Origin: Bacteroidales bacterium
Lineage (GTDB): Bacteria; Bacteroidota; Bacteroidia; Bacteroidales; DTU049
DNA: 64,000 bases
Direction of reading: 5' to 3'
NCBI GenBank assembly: GCA_016937255.1
Contig: JAFGWG010000050.1
Coordinates: 3,379 to 67,378, forward strand
Part shown: positions 17,991 through 28,170 of the stretch, one piece after another
Layout: each line of letters starts with the position of its first letter
How positions within the stretch are numbered: position 1 is the first letter of the stretch
Notes under the pieces: generated by a model
The model's input: only the letters and a program-made list of their open reading frames with translations
Told to the model about the DNA's origin: nothing
Database searches by the model: none
Program-made: the position numbers and the translations under genes

Positions 17991-18752
17991 TTATTCTATC
18001 TCAAGCGTAATAGGGCAATGATCGCTATGTACTACTTGATCAAGTATGTCGGCGTTTTGAAGCCTGCCTTTCAGGTTTTCAGTAACCATGTGGTAATCGA
18101 TGCGCCAGCCTAAATTTCGGTCGCGGGCTTGTCGGCGGTACGACCACCAACTATAACGATCTGGTTCAGGGTGAAATTCGCGAAAAGTATCTATAAAGCC
18201 ACTATCGATGAATTTACCAATCCATTCTCGCTCTTCTGGTAGGAACCCTGAATTGTTTTTATTTCCCTTCGGGTCGTGGATGTCAATTTCTTTGTGGCAA
18301 ATATTATAGTCGCCGGAAATAATCAAATTTGGGCGTTCTTTTTTGAGTTCATTTACTTTTTTATGAAAATCATCGAGCCATTTCATTTTGAAGGCTTGTC
18401 GTTCGTCTCCACTAGAGCCAGATGGATGATAAACGGAAACGATGCTTAAATCGCCAAAATCGGCACGAAGAAAACGTCCTTCGCGGTCGTATTCAGGAAT
18501 TCCGATTCCAACTTTAATATTATCGGGCTTTATCTTTGTTAAGATGCCAACGCCGCTATATCCTTTTTTTTCGGCACTGTGCCAAAAGGTTTGATAACCA
18601 ATGGTTTCAAATTCCATTAAAGGAATCTGGTCGTGCTGGGCTTTGCTTTCCTGTATGCAAACTACATCTGCTCCACTTTGGTCTAACCATTCAATAAATC
18701 CTTTGCCTATGGCCGCGCGAATACCGTTTACGTTATATGATACTATTTTCAT
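17991..18752 (-). CDS. xth: Exodeoxyribonuclease III
   Basis: SYNVNGIRA, CIQESK, GYSGV, GDYNICH, GWRIDY and SDHCP motifs. Confidence 0.95.
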   Translation of the reverse strand: MKIVSYNVNGIRAAIGKGFIEWLDQSGADVVCIQESKAQHDQIPLMEFETIGYQTFWHSAEKKGYSGVGILTKIKPDNIKVGIGIPEYDREGRFLRADFGDLSIVSVYHPSGSSGDERQAFKMKWLDDFHKKVNELKKERPNLIISGDYNICHKEIDIHDPKGNKNNSGFLPEEREWIGKFIDSGFIDTFREFHPEPDRYSWWSYRRQARDRNLGWRIDYHMVTENLKGRLQNADILDQVVHSDHCPITLEIE

Positions 18753-20513
18753 TTAGCGAGAGGGGATTAGTTTTTTAAATTCAGATTCTTTAGTGATTTT
18801 CAATACAGGATACACATCTTTTTGTGGATCAGCCCATTGACTATGGTTGTACACCCAGTTCATTTGCGCCCACTGCGATGCTGCAAATTGTGGATTATCT
18901 GTTTTTAGCTTTTCAAACTCTGCTTTGAGATCGGCATCTTTTTCAAACATTTCAACAGCAACAGGCTCCATTACATAGAGTTCTCCATATTCTTTTTGCT
19001 CGAAAATGGTATTGAAAAATCCCCATTTCAGGAAACTGTCATCTGATAAAGGCTCAAGTAACCAGGCAATGATTTTAATTTTATCTTGTTTAACCGGAAT
19101 CAAAGCACTGCCTTTATGAATCAGAACTTTATTTTCATATTCTTCCATCTCAAAATCGGGACTGAATCGACCTTCATACGGGCTGTTTTGAAATTCAATA
19201 TTTGAAAATTTAGTTTGAATAGCGTCAATTTCTATGTCTTCCTGAACAGTAATAAAACTTACGCCGTGTAGTTTAAGGCGATTGATGACTTCCTGCCATT
19301 CGGGTGGAATGATATACGCAATGGGAAGATCAATTTCCTGATCAGCTTCAATTTTATCAAACATCCATAGGTTGAATATTTCCGGTTGATCGTTATAGTA
19401 AACATAATATTGTCCACCTGTAATTTGGCTGGTCAAAGTATCAAATTTAAATCCCATAAAATTAGTGAGGGTGCTGTCGTTCATTGAAGTACTGAAGTGG
19501 ATTGGGACTTTTTTTTTCGCAAATTCATTTGAATTTCTTTCGGTATCTGCTTTTTTCAAAATTTCCAGATATTCATCGTTCTGAGTATTCAAAACAATGA
19601 ATGTGTTGAGAAGCATTTGCCGTGTGGATTCTACTCTGTTTTTATATGGTTTCAGCATGTGTGTTTCAATAAGAAGACAAGGGCGATCGACCAAAATAGT
19701 ATAGCCATGCGAAAGCATTGGGCGAGAAGCTCTTTGAACCAAGCCGCTTTTTGGATTATGCCATTGACGGAATGATACATAAGGGAAAATAGGATAGCCG
19801 GCCTTCGACATATTGACATCAACAAAGGGAATGTATTTTTCGTTTATCCACTTGGCAATATCTTGGTTTAATGACTCATGTGTGTCGAGGCCATACGTTA
19901 AGGCATACTGATAATCAGCACCATCGGTGGTATGGCAATCGACAATAAAATCGGGTTTGATTTCATTAAATAGCGAAAGCCAGTTTTGCATGGCAGGGGC
20001 GTCGGCTTTCATGAAATCTCGATTTAGATTGAGGTTTTGTGCTGTACAACGCCAACCCATTTCCTCTGGTCCATTTTGATTGATGCGGTTATAAGGGCTG
20101 AATCGATTCCATCCATCTGCATTGAATACCGGAATAAAGATAATTCTGACTTTTTGCAGCATTGGCCTGTATTCTGATTTAGTCAGAACATCTCGGATAA
20201 ATAGAAACCCAGCATCTGCACCTTCGCTTTCACCGGGGTGAATCCCAGCCTGAATCCAGAGGATGAGTTTTTCGTCTTTGCGCATGGGGTCTTCTATAAT
20301 GAGGTAGGGGAGATCGTATCCACCAGAGCTTGTGCCGAAACTTTTCAGTCTCACTTCCATAAAAAGGGAATCTACGGTGTGGCACATTCCAATAATCTCC
20401 TCATAAGTCATGGTTTTGTTCGAATCCAGTTCATAAGGGAGGGTGAAGGGCTTATTCTGTGCGAAAAGTCCTGCTGTCAATATTAAAATTAGGAAAAGGA
20501 ATAGTAATCTCAT
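18753..20513 (-). CDS. M14 family zinc carboxypeptidase
   Basis: Signal peptide; GIHPGE (HxxE), NLNRDF, DCHTTDG and LLIETH motifs. Confidence 0.88.
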   Translation of the reverse strand: MRLLFLFLILILTAGLFAQNKPFTLPYELDSNKTMTYEEIIGMCHTVDSLFMEVRLKSFGTSSGGYDLPYLIIEDPMRKDEKLILWIQAGIHPGESEGADAGFLFIRDVLTKSEYRPMLQKVRIIFIPVFNADGWNRFSPYNRINQNGPEEMGWRCTAQNLNLNRDFMKADAPAMQNWLSLFNEIKPDFIVDCHTTDGADYQYALTYGLDTHESLNQDIAKWINEKYIPFVDVNMSKAGYPIFPYVSFRQWHNPKSGLVQRASRPMLSHGYTILVDRPCLLIETHMLKPYKNRVESTRQMLLNTFIVLNTQNDEYLEILKKADTERNSNEFAKKKVPIHFSTSMNDSTLTNFMGFKFDTLTSQITGGQYYVYYNDQPEIFNLWMFDKIEADQEIDLPIAYIIPPEWQEVINRLKLHGVSFITVQEDIEIDAIQTKFSNIEFQNSPYEGRFSPDFEMEEYENKVLIHKGSALIPVKQDKIKIIAWLLEPLSDDSFLKWGFFNTIFEQKEYGELYVMEPVAVEMFEKDADLKAEFEKLKTDNPQFAASQWAQMNWVYNHSQWADPQKDVYPVLKITKESEFKKLIPSR

Positions 20514-20515
20514 GT

Positions 20516-22645
20516 TTACAAGTTTTTCATGCTCATATTTATTCGCTTGCGGTTTTTGTCCACTTCAAGTATGCGAACTCTGACTTTTTGATTCAGCTTC
20601 ACAATTTCGTTTGGATCACTCACAAATTTATCTGCCAATTGGCTGATGTGAACAAGGCCATCTTGATGAACTCCTATATCTACAAAGGCGCCAAAGCGTG
20701 TAATATTGGTTACGATACCCGGAAGTTCCATTCCAGCGGCAAGATCATCGATGCTGTTTACAGACTGATCGAATTCAAATACTTCAAATTGTTCACGTGG
20801 ATCGCGACCCGGTTTTTCGAGTTCAGCCATAATGTCTTTAAGTGTAGGTAGTCCAACCTTATCTGTGATATAGGCTTTAAGGTCGATTCGTTCTCGCAGA
20901 CTTTTGTTTTGCATCAGTTCGTACACGGAGGCATCCTGATCTTTAGCCATTTTCTCCACGATATGATAGGACTCTGGGTGAACAGAAGAGGCATCGAGAG
21001 GGTTTTTAGCATCTTTAAGCCGTAAAAATCCGGCAGCTTGTTCAAAAGCCTTATCGCCGAAGCGTTTTACTTTAAGAATTTCTTTTCTCGATTTGAATGG
21101 TCCATTTGCTTTGCGATGTTCCACAATATTCTGCGCCATCGCTGGTCCAATTCCCGATACATAAGTTAGTAGCTGCTTACTGGCTGTGTTAAGTTCAACT
21201 CCAACATTGTTTACGGCACTCATAATGGTATCATCTAGCTTTTCTTTGAGTGCATTTTGATCTACGTCGTGCTGATATTGTCCCACACCAATAGATTTGG
21301 GATCAATTTTTACAAGCTCTGCCAATGGATCCATCAAACGTCGACCAATAGAAACAGCACCACGCACAGTTATGTCATAATCGGGGAACTCTTCGCGTGC
21401 TACATCGCTTGCTGAATATATAGATGCACCCGATTCATTCACCATAACAGCAACTACGTCTTGATTGAATCTTATTCTGCTAATAAAAGCTTCGGTTTCT
21501 CGGCCTGCAGTTCCATTTCCAATGGCAATGGCTTCTACTTTATAGGCTTCTACTAAATTATCAATTTTATTAAGGGCTTCTTTTACTTTGCTTACTGGTG
21601 GATGCGGGTAAATGGTTTCATTGTGGAGTAGATTGCCTTGCTTATCGAGGACCACAACTTTGCATCCTGTTCTGAATCCGGGGTCGATGGCTAAAACCGT
21701 TTTTTGACCAAGTGGAGCAGCCATCAGCAATTGTTTTGCATTTTCAGAAAATACAATGATCGCTTCTTTATCAGCTTCTTCTTTGTAATGTTTTCTGACT
21801 TCAGTTTCTATAGAAGGTTTGAGCAATCGTTTATAAGAATCTTCCATGGCTTCAATTACTTCATCGGCTACTTTATTATTACCAGTGATGATTTTTCGAT
21901 CCATGAATTCGAGTGCTTTCTCTTGGTCGGGTTCTAAGCTTACTTTTAGAAATCCTTCGTTTTCGCCCCTGAATATGGCCAGAATACGATGTGAAGGTGA
22001 TTTTTTTACGGGTTCAGACCAATCGAAATAGTTTTCAAATTTATTGCCTTCTTCTTCTTTACCTTTCGAAACTTTGGAAGAGATGATTCCTTCATTGATA
22101 AACATTCTTCGAAGTCCGGCACGAATAATGGCATTCTCATTTATCCATTCCGCAATGATATCTCTTGCACCTGCCAGAGCTTCTTCAATAGATTTCACGC
22201 CTTTTTCTTCATCAATAAAATGTTCGGCAGCTGCATCCAGGTCGAAGGGTAATTGTTGAAATATTTTTTTGGCTAAAGGTTCTAAACCTTTTTCAATAGC
22301 CATGCTGGCTCTGGTTTTTCGTTTTGGACGATACGGGAGATAGAGATCTTCCACTTCGGGCATAGTTTGCGCTTTGAGAATTTTATCTTCGAGTTCAGGG
22401 GTGAGCTTTTCCTGTTCGCGAATACTCTCAAGAACGGCTTCTTTTCTTTTTTCCAGTTCAGTAAGTTGATGGAGGCGAGTTTTAATCGCCATGATCTGAA
22501 CCTCGTCGAGGCTACCGGTCATTTCCTTTCGGTATCGAGCAATAAAGGGTACAGTGGCGCCTTCGCTCAAAAGCTGAATGGTTCCTGCCACCTGATGTAT
22601 TTTCAAGCCCAGTTCAAGGCTGATGATATCGGTAAAGTTTTTCAT
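20516..22645 (-). CDS. tex: Tex family RNA-binding transcriptional accessory protein
   Basis: GATVPFIARYRKE, IDPGFRTGCK, GNGTAGRET, DPKSIGVGQYQHD motifs and a C-terminal S1 domain. Confidence 0.95.
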   Translation of the reverse strand: MKNFTDIISLELGLKIHQVAGTIQLLSEGATVPFIARYRKEMTGSLDEVQIMAIKTRLHQLTELEKRKEAVLESIREQEKLTPELEDKILKAQTMPEVEDLYLPYRPKRKTRASMAIEKGLEPLAKKIFQQLPFDLDAAAEHFIDEEKGVKSIEEALAGARDIIAEWINENAIIRAGLRRMFINEGIISSKVSKGKEEEGNKFENYFDWSEPVKKSPSHRILAIFRGENEGFLKVSLEPDQEKALEFMDRKIITGNNKVADEVIEAMEDSYKRLLKPSIETEVRKHYKEEADKEAIIVFSENAKQLLMAAPLGQKTVLAIDPGFRTGCKVVVLDKQGNLLHNETIYPHPPVSKVKEALNKIDNLVEAYKVEAIAIGNGTAGRETEAFISRIRFNQDVVAVMVNESGASIYSASDVAREEFPDYDITVRGAVSIGRRLMDPLAELVKIDPKSIGVGQYQHDVDQNALKEKLDDTIMSAVNNVGVELNTASKQLLTYVSGIGPAMAQNIVEHRKANGPFKSRKEILKVKRFGDKAFEQAAGFLRLKDAKNPLDASSVHPESYHIVEKMAKDQDASVYELMQNKSLRERIDLKAYITDKVGLPTLKDIMAELEKPGRDPREQFEVFEFDQSVNSIDDLAAGMELPGIVTNITRFGAFVDIGVHQDGLVHISQLADKFVSDPNEIVKLNQKVRVRILEVDKNRKRINMSMKNL

Positions 22646-22649
22646 ACCT

Positions 22650-22657
22650 CAAAAATA
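22650..22657 (-). promoter_or_regulatory. Possible sigma-A -7 element (TATTTTTG) only 4 nt before the tex ATG
   Basis: TAnnTTTG match; the motif is T-rich and could be chance. Confidence 0.4.
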
Positions 22658-22688
22658 CAATTTTTGGGGTTTAATAATTCGTTTGAAT

Positions 22689-22722
22689 AAAAAACCGGTC
22701 TTGCATTTCTGAAAAACCGGCT
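22689..22722 (-). terminator. Terminator after the T9SS GLUG/LamG gene
   Basis: Minus strand reads CCGGTTTT...AAGACCGG followed by TTTTTT. Confidence 0.65.
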
Positions 22723-22752
22723 AAAAGTTAAATAGGGTTTAATTATATAGCT

Positions 22753-25374
22753 TTATTCAATAACTAGTATGATTTCTTCAGTATTTTCTGTTAAAAATAC
22801 TTTCATCAAATATGTTCCTGAGGCAAAATCTGTAGTGTTAATTTGATCAGTAACGGTATTGATTTCTTCGTTGTAAATAAGCCGACCTGAAAGATCATAA
22901 ATCTCAATGTGCTGAATTGTTTTATCTGCACTGATTTTTGTATAATTATCAGCCGGATTTGGGTAAACTGTTAGATTACTACTGGATTCATTAATTGCAT
23001 CAAAAAGACTGACAATAACTTCAAAGCTGCATGAATCCAAATTTCCGCTTGCGTCCATTGCATACCATGTAATGATATGTGTTCCGAAGTTCAACTGTTC
23101 ATTGCCAAGTGTAGAGGAAGAATTTAGTGAGTTGAAGATCGTGTCAACTGAACAGTTATCTGATGCATTTGCGTCAAATTCATTTCCTTGTATGGTGTAA
23201 TATGTTTCTCCCTGGGCAAGGCTGATGATTTGGTTCCCAATACAGATGACTTCTGGTGCAATCGCATCACTAACAATCGCATAAAACCAAACTGAATCTA
23301 TATTCCCGTACAGATCTGAAGCATAGAGCCAGACAATTGTTGTGTCTGTTGGTAAAACGCTTCCTGCCGCAGGGTTTTGAGAGTATATTACACTGTCACA
23401 ATTGTCGCTTGCAACAATACTGTCTAAAAATGATTGAAGAGTATAGCTACATGTAGTATCAAGATAGAAATGCTGATCATTGTGTGACGACATAATTACC
23501 GGACTAATATTATTGCTGTATATTCCTGTGCCATTAAGTGTTGCGCCTGATAGCACATAGTTTGAAGTAGAATCAATAAAGGCAATACCTCCATTCCCAA
23601 AAACTCCATTTGTGTTTCCTGTTAAATTGGTTGCAGAATGAGATAAACAGGAGGTGTTTATATATGGAATACCTTCGTTGAAATTAAAATATGCAACCAA
23701 GTGGTTTTCAGTTCCGCTTAGCTCTGTATTCATGTACCCCTGTATTTCACAAACGGTTCTAACGGTATCCCAGATTCTTACTTCATCAATATCACCATTA
23801 AAATACCGGCCGCTGGGCATATAGTCAACACCCATATACAAGTTATCGCTATTGTGCACGGTATTAAAAGGTGTACCAGTAAGGACTTGTTCTTCTCCAT
23901 TGAGGTATAAATGACGTGTCCCGTTGTCGTTTACCGCTGCAACATGATACCATGTACCTGCAGTTAGGATGCCATTTGCTGTTGTCATTTCATCGAAGTT
24001 CAAACCCGTATATGGGGCATTTGAGGAAAGCCTCAATGTGTACCCGTTTGATCCAGAACTGTGATATTTAGAAATGAGTCCTCCAAAGTGAACAAGACTA
24101 TCTACTTTAAACCAACATTCTAATGTGTAATTATTGATAAGGTCTATTGCTGAATATGAAGCGACATAAATTTGGTCAGAGCTTCCGTCAAAATTCACAG
24201 CGCTTTGATATACAGGTGTTATCAACGGGTCTTCAAAGCCGAGAAAAGGATAGCCGTGGTTATTAACTGCATCTATATCCCAAATATCTTCGGTGCCGTT
24301 TGCGGTTTCATCAACCAAATCCCATCCCGCAGACCTAAAAGTACATGTTGAGTTCATTTCCTGTGTGGTTTTTGGAGTAGCTCCAATAGCTGTTGATTGA
24401 TTTGATGCAGTGCTGTCGAAAAAATTTGAGACGTAGGTTCCGGGATCGAATTCATCTCCAACAAATCCTTTATTGGTAACTACAGTTGCAAAGAAAACAG
24501 AATCAACTGAGTAACAGTTTTCAATATATCCGGCATTATTTCTGCCGATAAATGCACCAACACCATCGTTTGTTCCTGAAATTCTGGTAACTGTTCCCAT
24601 TGAATAGCAGTTTCTTATAGTGTCGTGCCCTGAACTTGCACCCGAATTAATACCGGCAAAGCCTCCAACGTAGGAAATACCACTTACATCGGCATTTGAA
24701 AAACACTTTTCAACCATTGCATAGCCACTGCTATTTCCTTCATTTGCTCCTATTAATCCTCCAACCCAGGTGTTGCCAGATACTGTTCCGGTAAATGAGC
24801 TGTATGATAGTTCAACTTTATAATTAATGCCCTGACCATAATGCCGACCTATCAAACCACCGGTTTGATTGTTTCCCGCAACATTTCCGCTGGCTATGAT
24901 ATTATAAATTTGAGTTCGGGCCGGATAGCTGCAAAGGGTTGCTGTGTAATCGTATCCGGTAACATCAAAATCAATTAATTTCAAGTTGCGGATAACTGCA
25001 AGATTGGAATTGCTTGTTCCCCATGCATATCCAAATAGCCCTACGTAATTACTTGAGGGCATATTAATGGTCATATTGGAAATTGCATAATTCTGTCCGT
25101 CGTAAGAACCGCTGAATTTCACCGTATTATTTCCAATTGGCGACCACGCACTTAGGGTGTCTGCGTCAATATCTGCAGTTTGAATAAAATGCTCATCCCA
25201 AACCGAGTCAATTTGACTAAGCCAAACAAGATTTTCGAGCGTTGCAATTTGATATGGGTTTCCTGTAGATCCATCACCGATCGCAGGTGCGGTTTGAGCG
25301 CTCATCTCAATAAATATCAGCAGGAAAAAAGACGAAAATAGAATTTTCATTAATCCAGAGAGTGATTTTTTCAT
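22753..25374 (-). CDS. T9SS cargo: GLUG-motif beta-helix + LamG-like jelly roll + HYR-like Ig domains
   Basis: GDGSTGNPYQI, repeated VGGLIG/VGGFAG, WYHVAAV...FNGDIDEVRIWD, ASDNC repeats and VYPNP...GTYLMKV CTD. Confidence 0.8.
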   Translation of the reverse strand: MKKSLSGLMKILFSSFFLLIFIEMSAQTAPAIGDGSTGNPYQIATLENLVWLSQIDSVWDEHFIQTADIDADTLSAWSPIGNNTVKFSGSYDGQNYAISNMTINMPSSNYVGLFGYAWGTSNSNLAVIRNLKLIDFDVTGYDYTATLCSYPARTQIYNIIASGNVAGNNQTGGLIGRHYGQGINYKVELSYSSFTGTVSGNTWVGGLIGANEGNSSGYAMVEKCFSNADVSGISYVGGFAGINSGASSGHDTIRNCYSMGTVTRISGTNDGVGAFIGRNNAGYIENCYSVDSVFFATVVTNKGFVGDEFDPGTYVSNFFDSTASNQSTAIGATPKTTQEMNSTCTFRSAGWDLVDETANGTEDIWDIDAVNNHGYPFLGFEDPLITPVYQSAVNFDGSSDQIYVASYSAIDLINNYTLECWFKVDSLVHFGGLISKYHSSGSNGYTLRLSSNAPYTGLNFDEMTTANGILTAGTWYHVAAVNDNGTRHLYLNGEEQVLTGTPFNTVHNSDNLYMGVDYMPSGRYFNGDIDEVRIWDTVRTVCEIQGYMNTELSGTENHLVAYFNFNEGIPYINTSCLSHSATNLTGNTNGVFGNGGIAFIDSTSNYVLSGATLNGTGIYSNNISPVIMSSHNDQHFYLDTTCSYTLQSFLDSIVASDNCDSVIYSQNPAAGSVLPTDTTIVWLYASDLYGNIDSVWFYAIVSDAIAPEVICIGNQIISLAQGETYYTIQGNEFDANASDNCSVDTIFNSLNSSSTLGNEQLNFGTHIITWYAMDASGNLDSCSFEVIVSLFDAINESSSNLTVYPNPADNYTKISADKTIQHIEIYDLSGRLIYNEEINTVTDQINTTDFASGTYLMKVFLTENTEEIILVIE

Positions 25375-25441
25375 AATTTGACAACTTTATTATTAGCTAT
25401 GCGAAACTAAGCAGCATATAAATTATACAGCCAAATTTGTA

Positions 25442-25462
25442 GTATGACAAAAGGTAGGACAA
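25442..25462 (-). promoter_or_regulatory. Candidate operator: 9-bp direct repeat (TTGTCCTAC / TTGTCATAC on the minus strand), 12-nt period
   Basis: Lies just upstream of a TTTG (-33-like, 25432..25435) and TAGTTTCG (-7 variant, 25402..25409) for the T9SS gene, and just downstream of the TPR-LuxR regulator. Confidence 0.45.
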
Positions 25463-25500
25463 TTTTATAAGTGAAAGAAAATGAGATTGTTGTAAGGTTG

Positions 25501-26955
25501 CTATGCGATGCTTTTTAGATGCTCACCAATGTCGGCGCCTGCTTCAATACCGATTTTTTTTCTCAGTCGGTTGCGGTATTTTGCCACAGATGCATCAGAT
25601 ATGATCATAATATTAGCAATTTCTATGCTTTTCATACCAATAAGTAAAAATGCACAAATTTTAATGTCGGTATCTGATAAAGAAGGATATTTTTTATTGA
25701 GATTATGGAAAAAAGAAGGATATAATTCTTCAAAATGTAATTTAAAAGTTTGCCAGTTATGATCGAAACTTACATTGCTACTTATAATTTCGTGTATTTC
25801 ACTACTATTATTCTTTTTGTTTGCCGTGTCTATATTTCTTAATATTTCGTTGAATGAAATAAGGTTTGATGCTGCTTTACTCAATTCGAGTGTTTTATAT
25901 TCAATTTCTTTTTCTTTGAAACTAAGTGATTTTCTCAAATTCTCATTTTCATTTTTAATAATCTGCTCTTTTCGTTTTCTGATTTTCCGTCTTAAACTAA
26001 AGTTAATTAGTATTACAATAATTGCAATAATTAAAATTGCAGAAAAAAATATCAAATACCTGTTTTGCTGCCGCCTTATTTCATTTTCGTGCTCTCTTTC
26101 TCTGAGCATTTGCTCTTTTGTCTGTAAGTCATATTTTGCTGACATTTCATTGATCTGCAGTTGAATACGGTCTCCATAGAATTTCTCCTGCAATTGGCGA
26201 GCTTTTTTCTGATAAAAAAATGCGCTGTTAAAATCATGAATAAATTCATATATGTCAGATTTTCTAAGATATAGTCTCATGTATATATTTGGGTATTCAT
26301 TTTCATCAGAAAGTACAATTGCCGAATCAATGATTTCTAATGCACGATCCGGCATATTTAAATCAAGATATACCCCTGCCAGATTGTATGAAACGTTAAG
26401 AGTGTTGGGGATTAGCTTTGCCAGCATAAAATTTGCATAGGCACTGCGGTAATAATTTAGCGAGAGTGCATATTCCTTCTTTGTTCTGTACACATAGCCC
26501 ATTTCATTTTGTGATAAAGCCAGCAAGTCTAAAAATCCTTCCTCTTCAGAAAGATTAATGCATAGATTAGAGTATTTAATGGTGCTGTCGATATATGTGT
26601 TTTGGGTAAATCTGCTCTCATTGTAAATCGCAGCCAGTCTGTTCCAGGCAAAGGCTTTATTTCGTAAACTTATTTGAGGATTTTTAAGTGTGCCGGTAAT
26701 TAATTCGATGCCCTTTTCATATTCCTGTTTCTCGCGATATGCTTCTGCTAAGCTAATGTGTGCCCTGTCAACAATATCCGGGTAACTATTGTAAGTTTCA
26801 ATTATTTTGAATAATTCGGGTATTGCATTATCGGGATTTGAGCGAATAAGAAAATATTCAGCATTTTTAAAAATAGAGTCTGCATTATTGTTTTGACCCC
26901 AAACAATAGTATTAAAAAATATAATAAAACCAATTAGTAATATCCATCGTAACAT
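25501..26955 (-). CDS. Membrane-anchored one-component regulator: periplasmic TPR + TM + C-terminal LuxR/GerE-type HTH
   Basis: Signal peptide, TPR-like repeats, TM (YLIFFSAILIIAIIVILI) and C-terminal LSDTDIKICAFL...EIA...YRNRLRKK. Confidence 0.8.
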   Translation of the reverse strand: MLRWILLIGFIIFFNTIVWGQNNNADSIFKNAEYFLIRSNPDNAIPELFKIIETYNSYPDIVDRAHISLAEAYREKQEYEKGIELITGTLKNPQISLRNKAFAWNRLAAIYNESRFTQNTYIDSTIKYSNLCINLSEEEGFLDLLALSQNEMGYVYRTKKEYALSLNYYRSAYANFMLAKLIPNTLNVSYNLAGVYLDLNMPDRALEIIDSAIVLSDENEYPNIYMRLYLRKSDIYEFIHDFNSAFFYQKKARQLQEKFYGDRIQLQINEMSAKYDLQTKEQMLREREHENEIRRQQNRYLIFFSAILIIAIIVILINFSLRRKIRKRKEQIIKNENENLRKSLSFKEKEIEYKTLELSKAASNLISFNEILRNIDTANKKNNSSEIHEIISSNVSFDHNWQTFKLHFEELYPSFFHNLNKKYPSLSDTDIKICAFLLIGMKSIEIANIMIISDASVAKYRNRLRKKIGIEAGADIGEHLKSIA

Positions 26956-26959
26956 ATTG

Positions 26960-26967
26960 CAAAGTTA
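26960..26967 (-). promoter_or_regulatory. Sigma-A -7 element (TAACTTTG) 4 nt before the regulator ATG
   Basis: Canonical TAnnTTTG followed by CAAT and then ATG. Confidence 0.55.
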
Positions 26968-26985
26968 ATAAAGGTACTTAGATAA

Positions 26986-28125
26986 TTAGTAATTTGAATT
27001 ACTGATTTTTCTAAGTAAAACACTCACCGCATTTCCTCCAAAACCGGTGCTGTTGATCATGATACTGTTAATTTTTTCTGGATGTAAGTAAGGGGCGTAG
27101 GTTTCATATGGATAATCTGTCGGAATAAATCCGTTGAAGATTTTCTCCGCCAGCGAAAGATTAAGCATGCCCGAAGCGGCATATGTGTGTCCGGTTATCC
27201 ATTTTGAGCTGTATATTGCCGGTAGGTTTTCCGCAAAAACGGATTGAATGGCATTAAACTCAGCCTGATCGCCTTTTACCGTGCCCGGGGCGTGAGCAAG
27301 GATGAGGTCTGGTTTTGTTCCGATGTTTTCCAAAGCCATTTTCATCGCTTTTTGAAGAGGCATGCCTGCAGGATCGATTCCGGTGAGGGAGGGTGGAGCT
27401 GTTTGCGCAAAGCCGGTGCTTTCAATTATTATATCTCCAGTCTGAAGCTTTTTTTCATCGCATAATTCGAGAAATGCCAATCCTGCGCCTTCAGCCAGAA
27501 CGAAGCTGTTCTTTTTATCAGTATTAAAAGGGCGACAATAATACGGGCCATCAAATTTCGAAGCAATTCCCAGCGCTTCTATCTGAGCGAGTGTAAATTT
27601 TGTATTGGAAGCTTCGCTTCCCCCGACCAGGGCATATTTACACATTCCTGATTTTAACCATGCTATTGCGTTGATTAATGCTGCTGTTCCGGTTGAACAA
27701 GTGAGCGAATGATCTATCGCAAAACCGTTTTCGGTTTCCAGCATTGAGGCAATGACTGAGCTAACATGAGCCTGAGTAGTTAGGGGAGAGCATGCCGGGC
27801 CCAGTTTTCCGCTCTTTGCAAATTCTCCATGAAATTTCTCCCAGCTTTCAGTAGCTCCTCTCGAAGATCCGATATTGACAATCACAGGGCCGTCAATTTT
27901 TAGACTGCCGATCATGTTTTTAGCTACAAAAGCAGCCAGATGAACCATGCGGTCACTTCTTCCGAAAGCTGAATTCTTTATAAATTGCTGCAGATCGTTT
28001 TCGCTTCCCTGAGGGATTATACCAATATGAGTTGATTGAAAATCGAGAAATTCATTATTGGGTAACGATAAGTTGACACCAGCTTTAGAAAGGCTTCCGG
28101 TTTTATAAAGACGGATGAAATTCAT
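26986..28125 (-). CDS. Stand-alone beta-ketoacyl synthase (FabF/FabB-like, divergent N-terminus)
   Basis: TCSTG (catalytic Cys), CRPF, AEGAG, AHAPGT, KWITGHT (His-His) and GFGGN motifs. Confidence 0.8.
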   Translation of the reverse strand: MNFIRLYKTGSLSKAGVNLSLPNNEFLDFQSTHIGIIPQGSENDLQQFIKNSAFGRSDRMVHLAAFVAKNMIGSLKIDGPVIVNIGSSRGATESWEKFHGEFAKSGKLGPACSPLTTQAHVSSVIASMLETENGFAIDHSLTCSTGTAALINAIAWLKSGMCKYALVGGSEASNTKFTLAQIEALGIASKFDGPYYCRPFNTDKKNSFVLAEGAGLAFLELCDEKKLQTGDIIIESTGFAQTAPPSLTGIDPAGMPLQKAMKMALENIGTKPDLILAHAPGTVKGDQAEFNAIQSVFAENLPAIYSSKWITGHTYAASGMLNLSLAEKIFNGFIPTDYPYETYAPYLHPEKINSIMINSTGFGGNAVSVLLRKISNSNY

Positions 28126-28135
28126 TTGTAAGAAT

Positions 28136-28158
28136 AAAAAAAGGCGGCCTGAGCCGCC
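28136..28158 (-). terminator. Rho-independent terminator after infB
   Basis: GGCGGC-4nt-GCCGCC stem followed by a T7 tract on the minus strand. Confidence 0.85.
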
Positions 28159-28170
28159 ATGAAATTCTTA

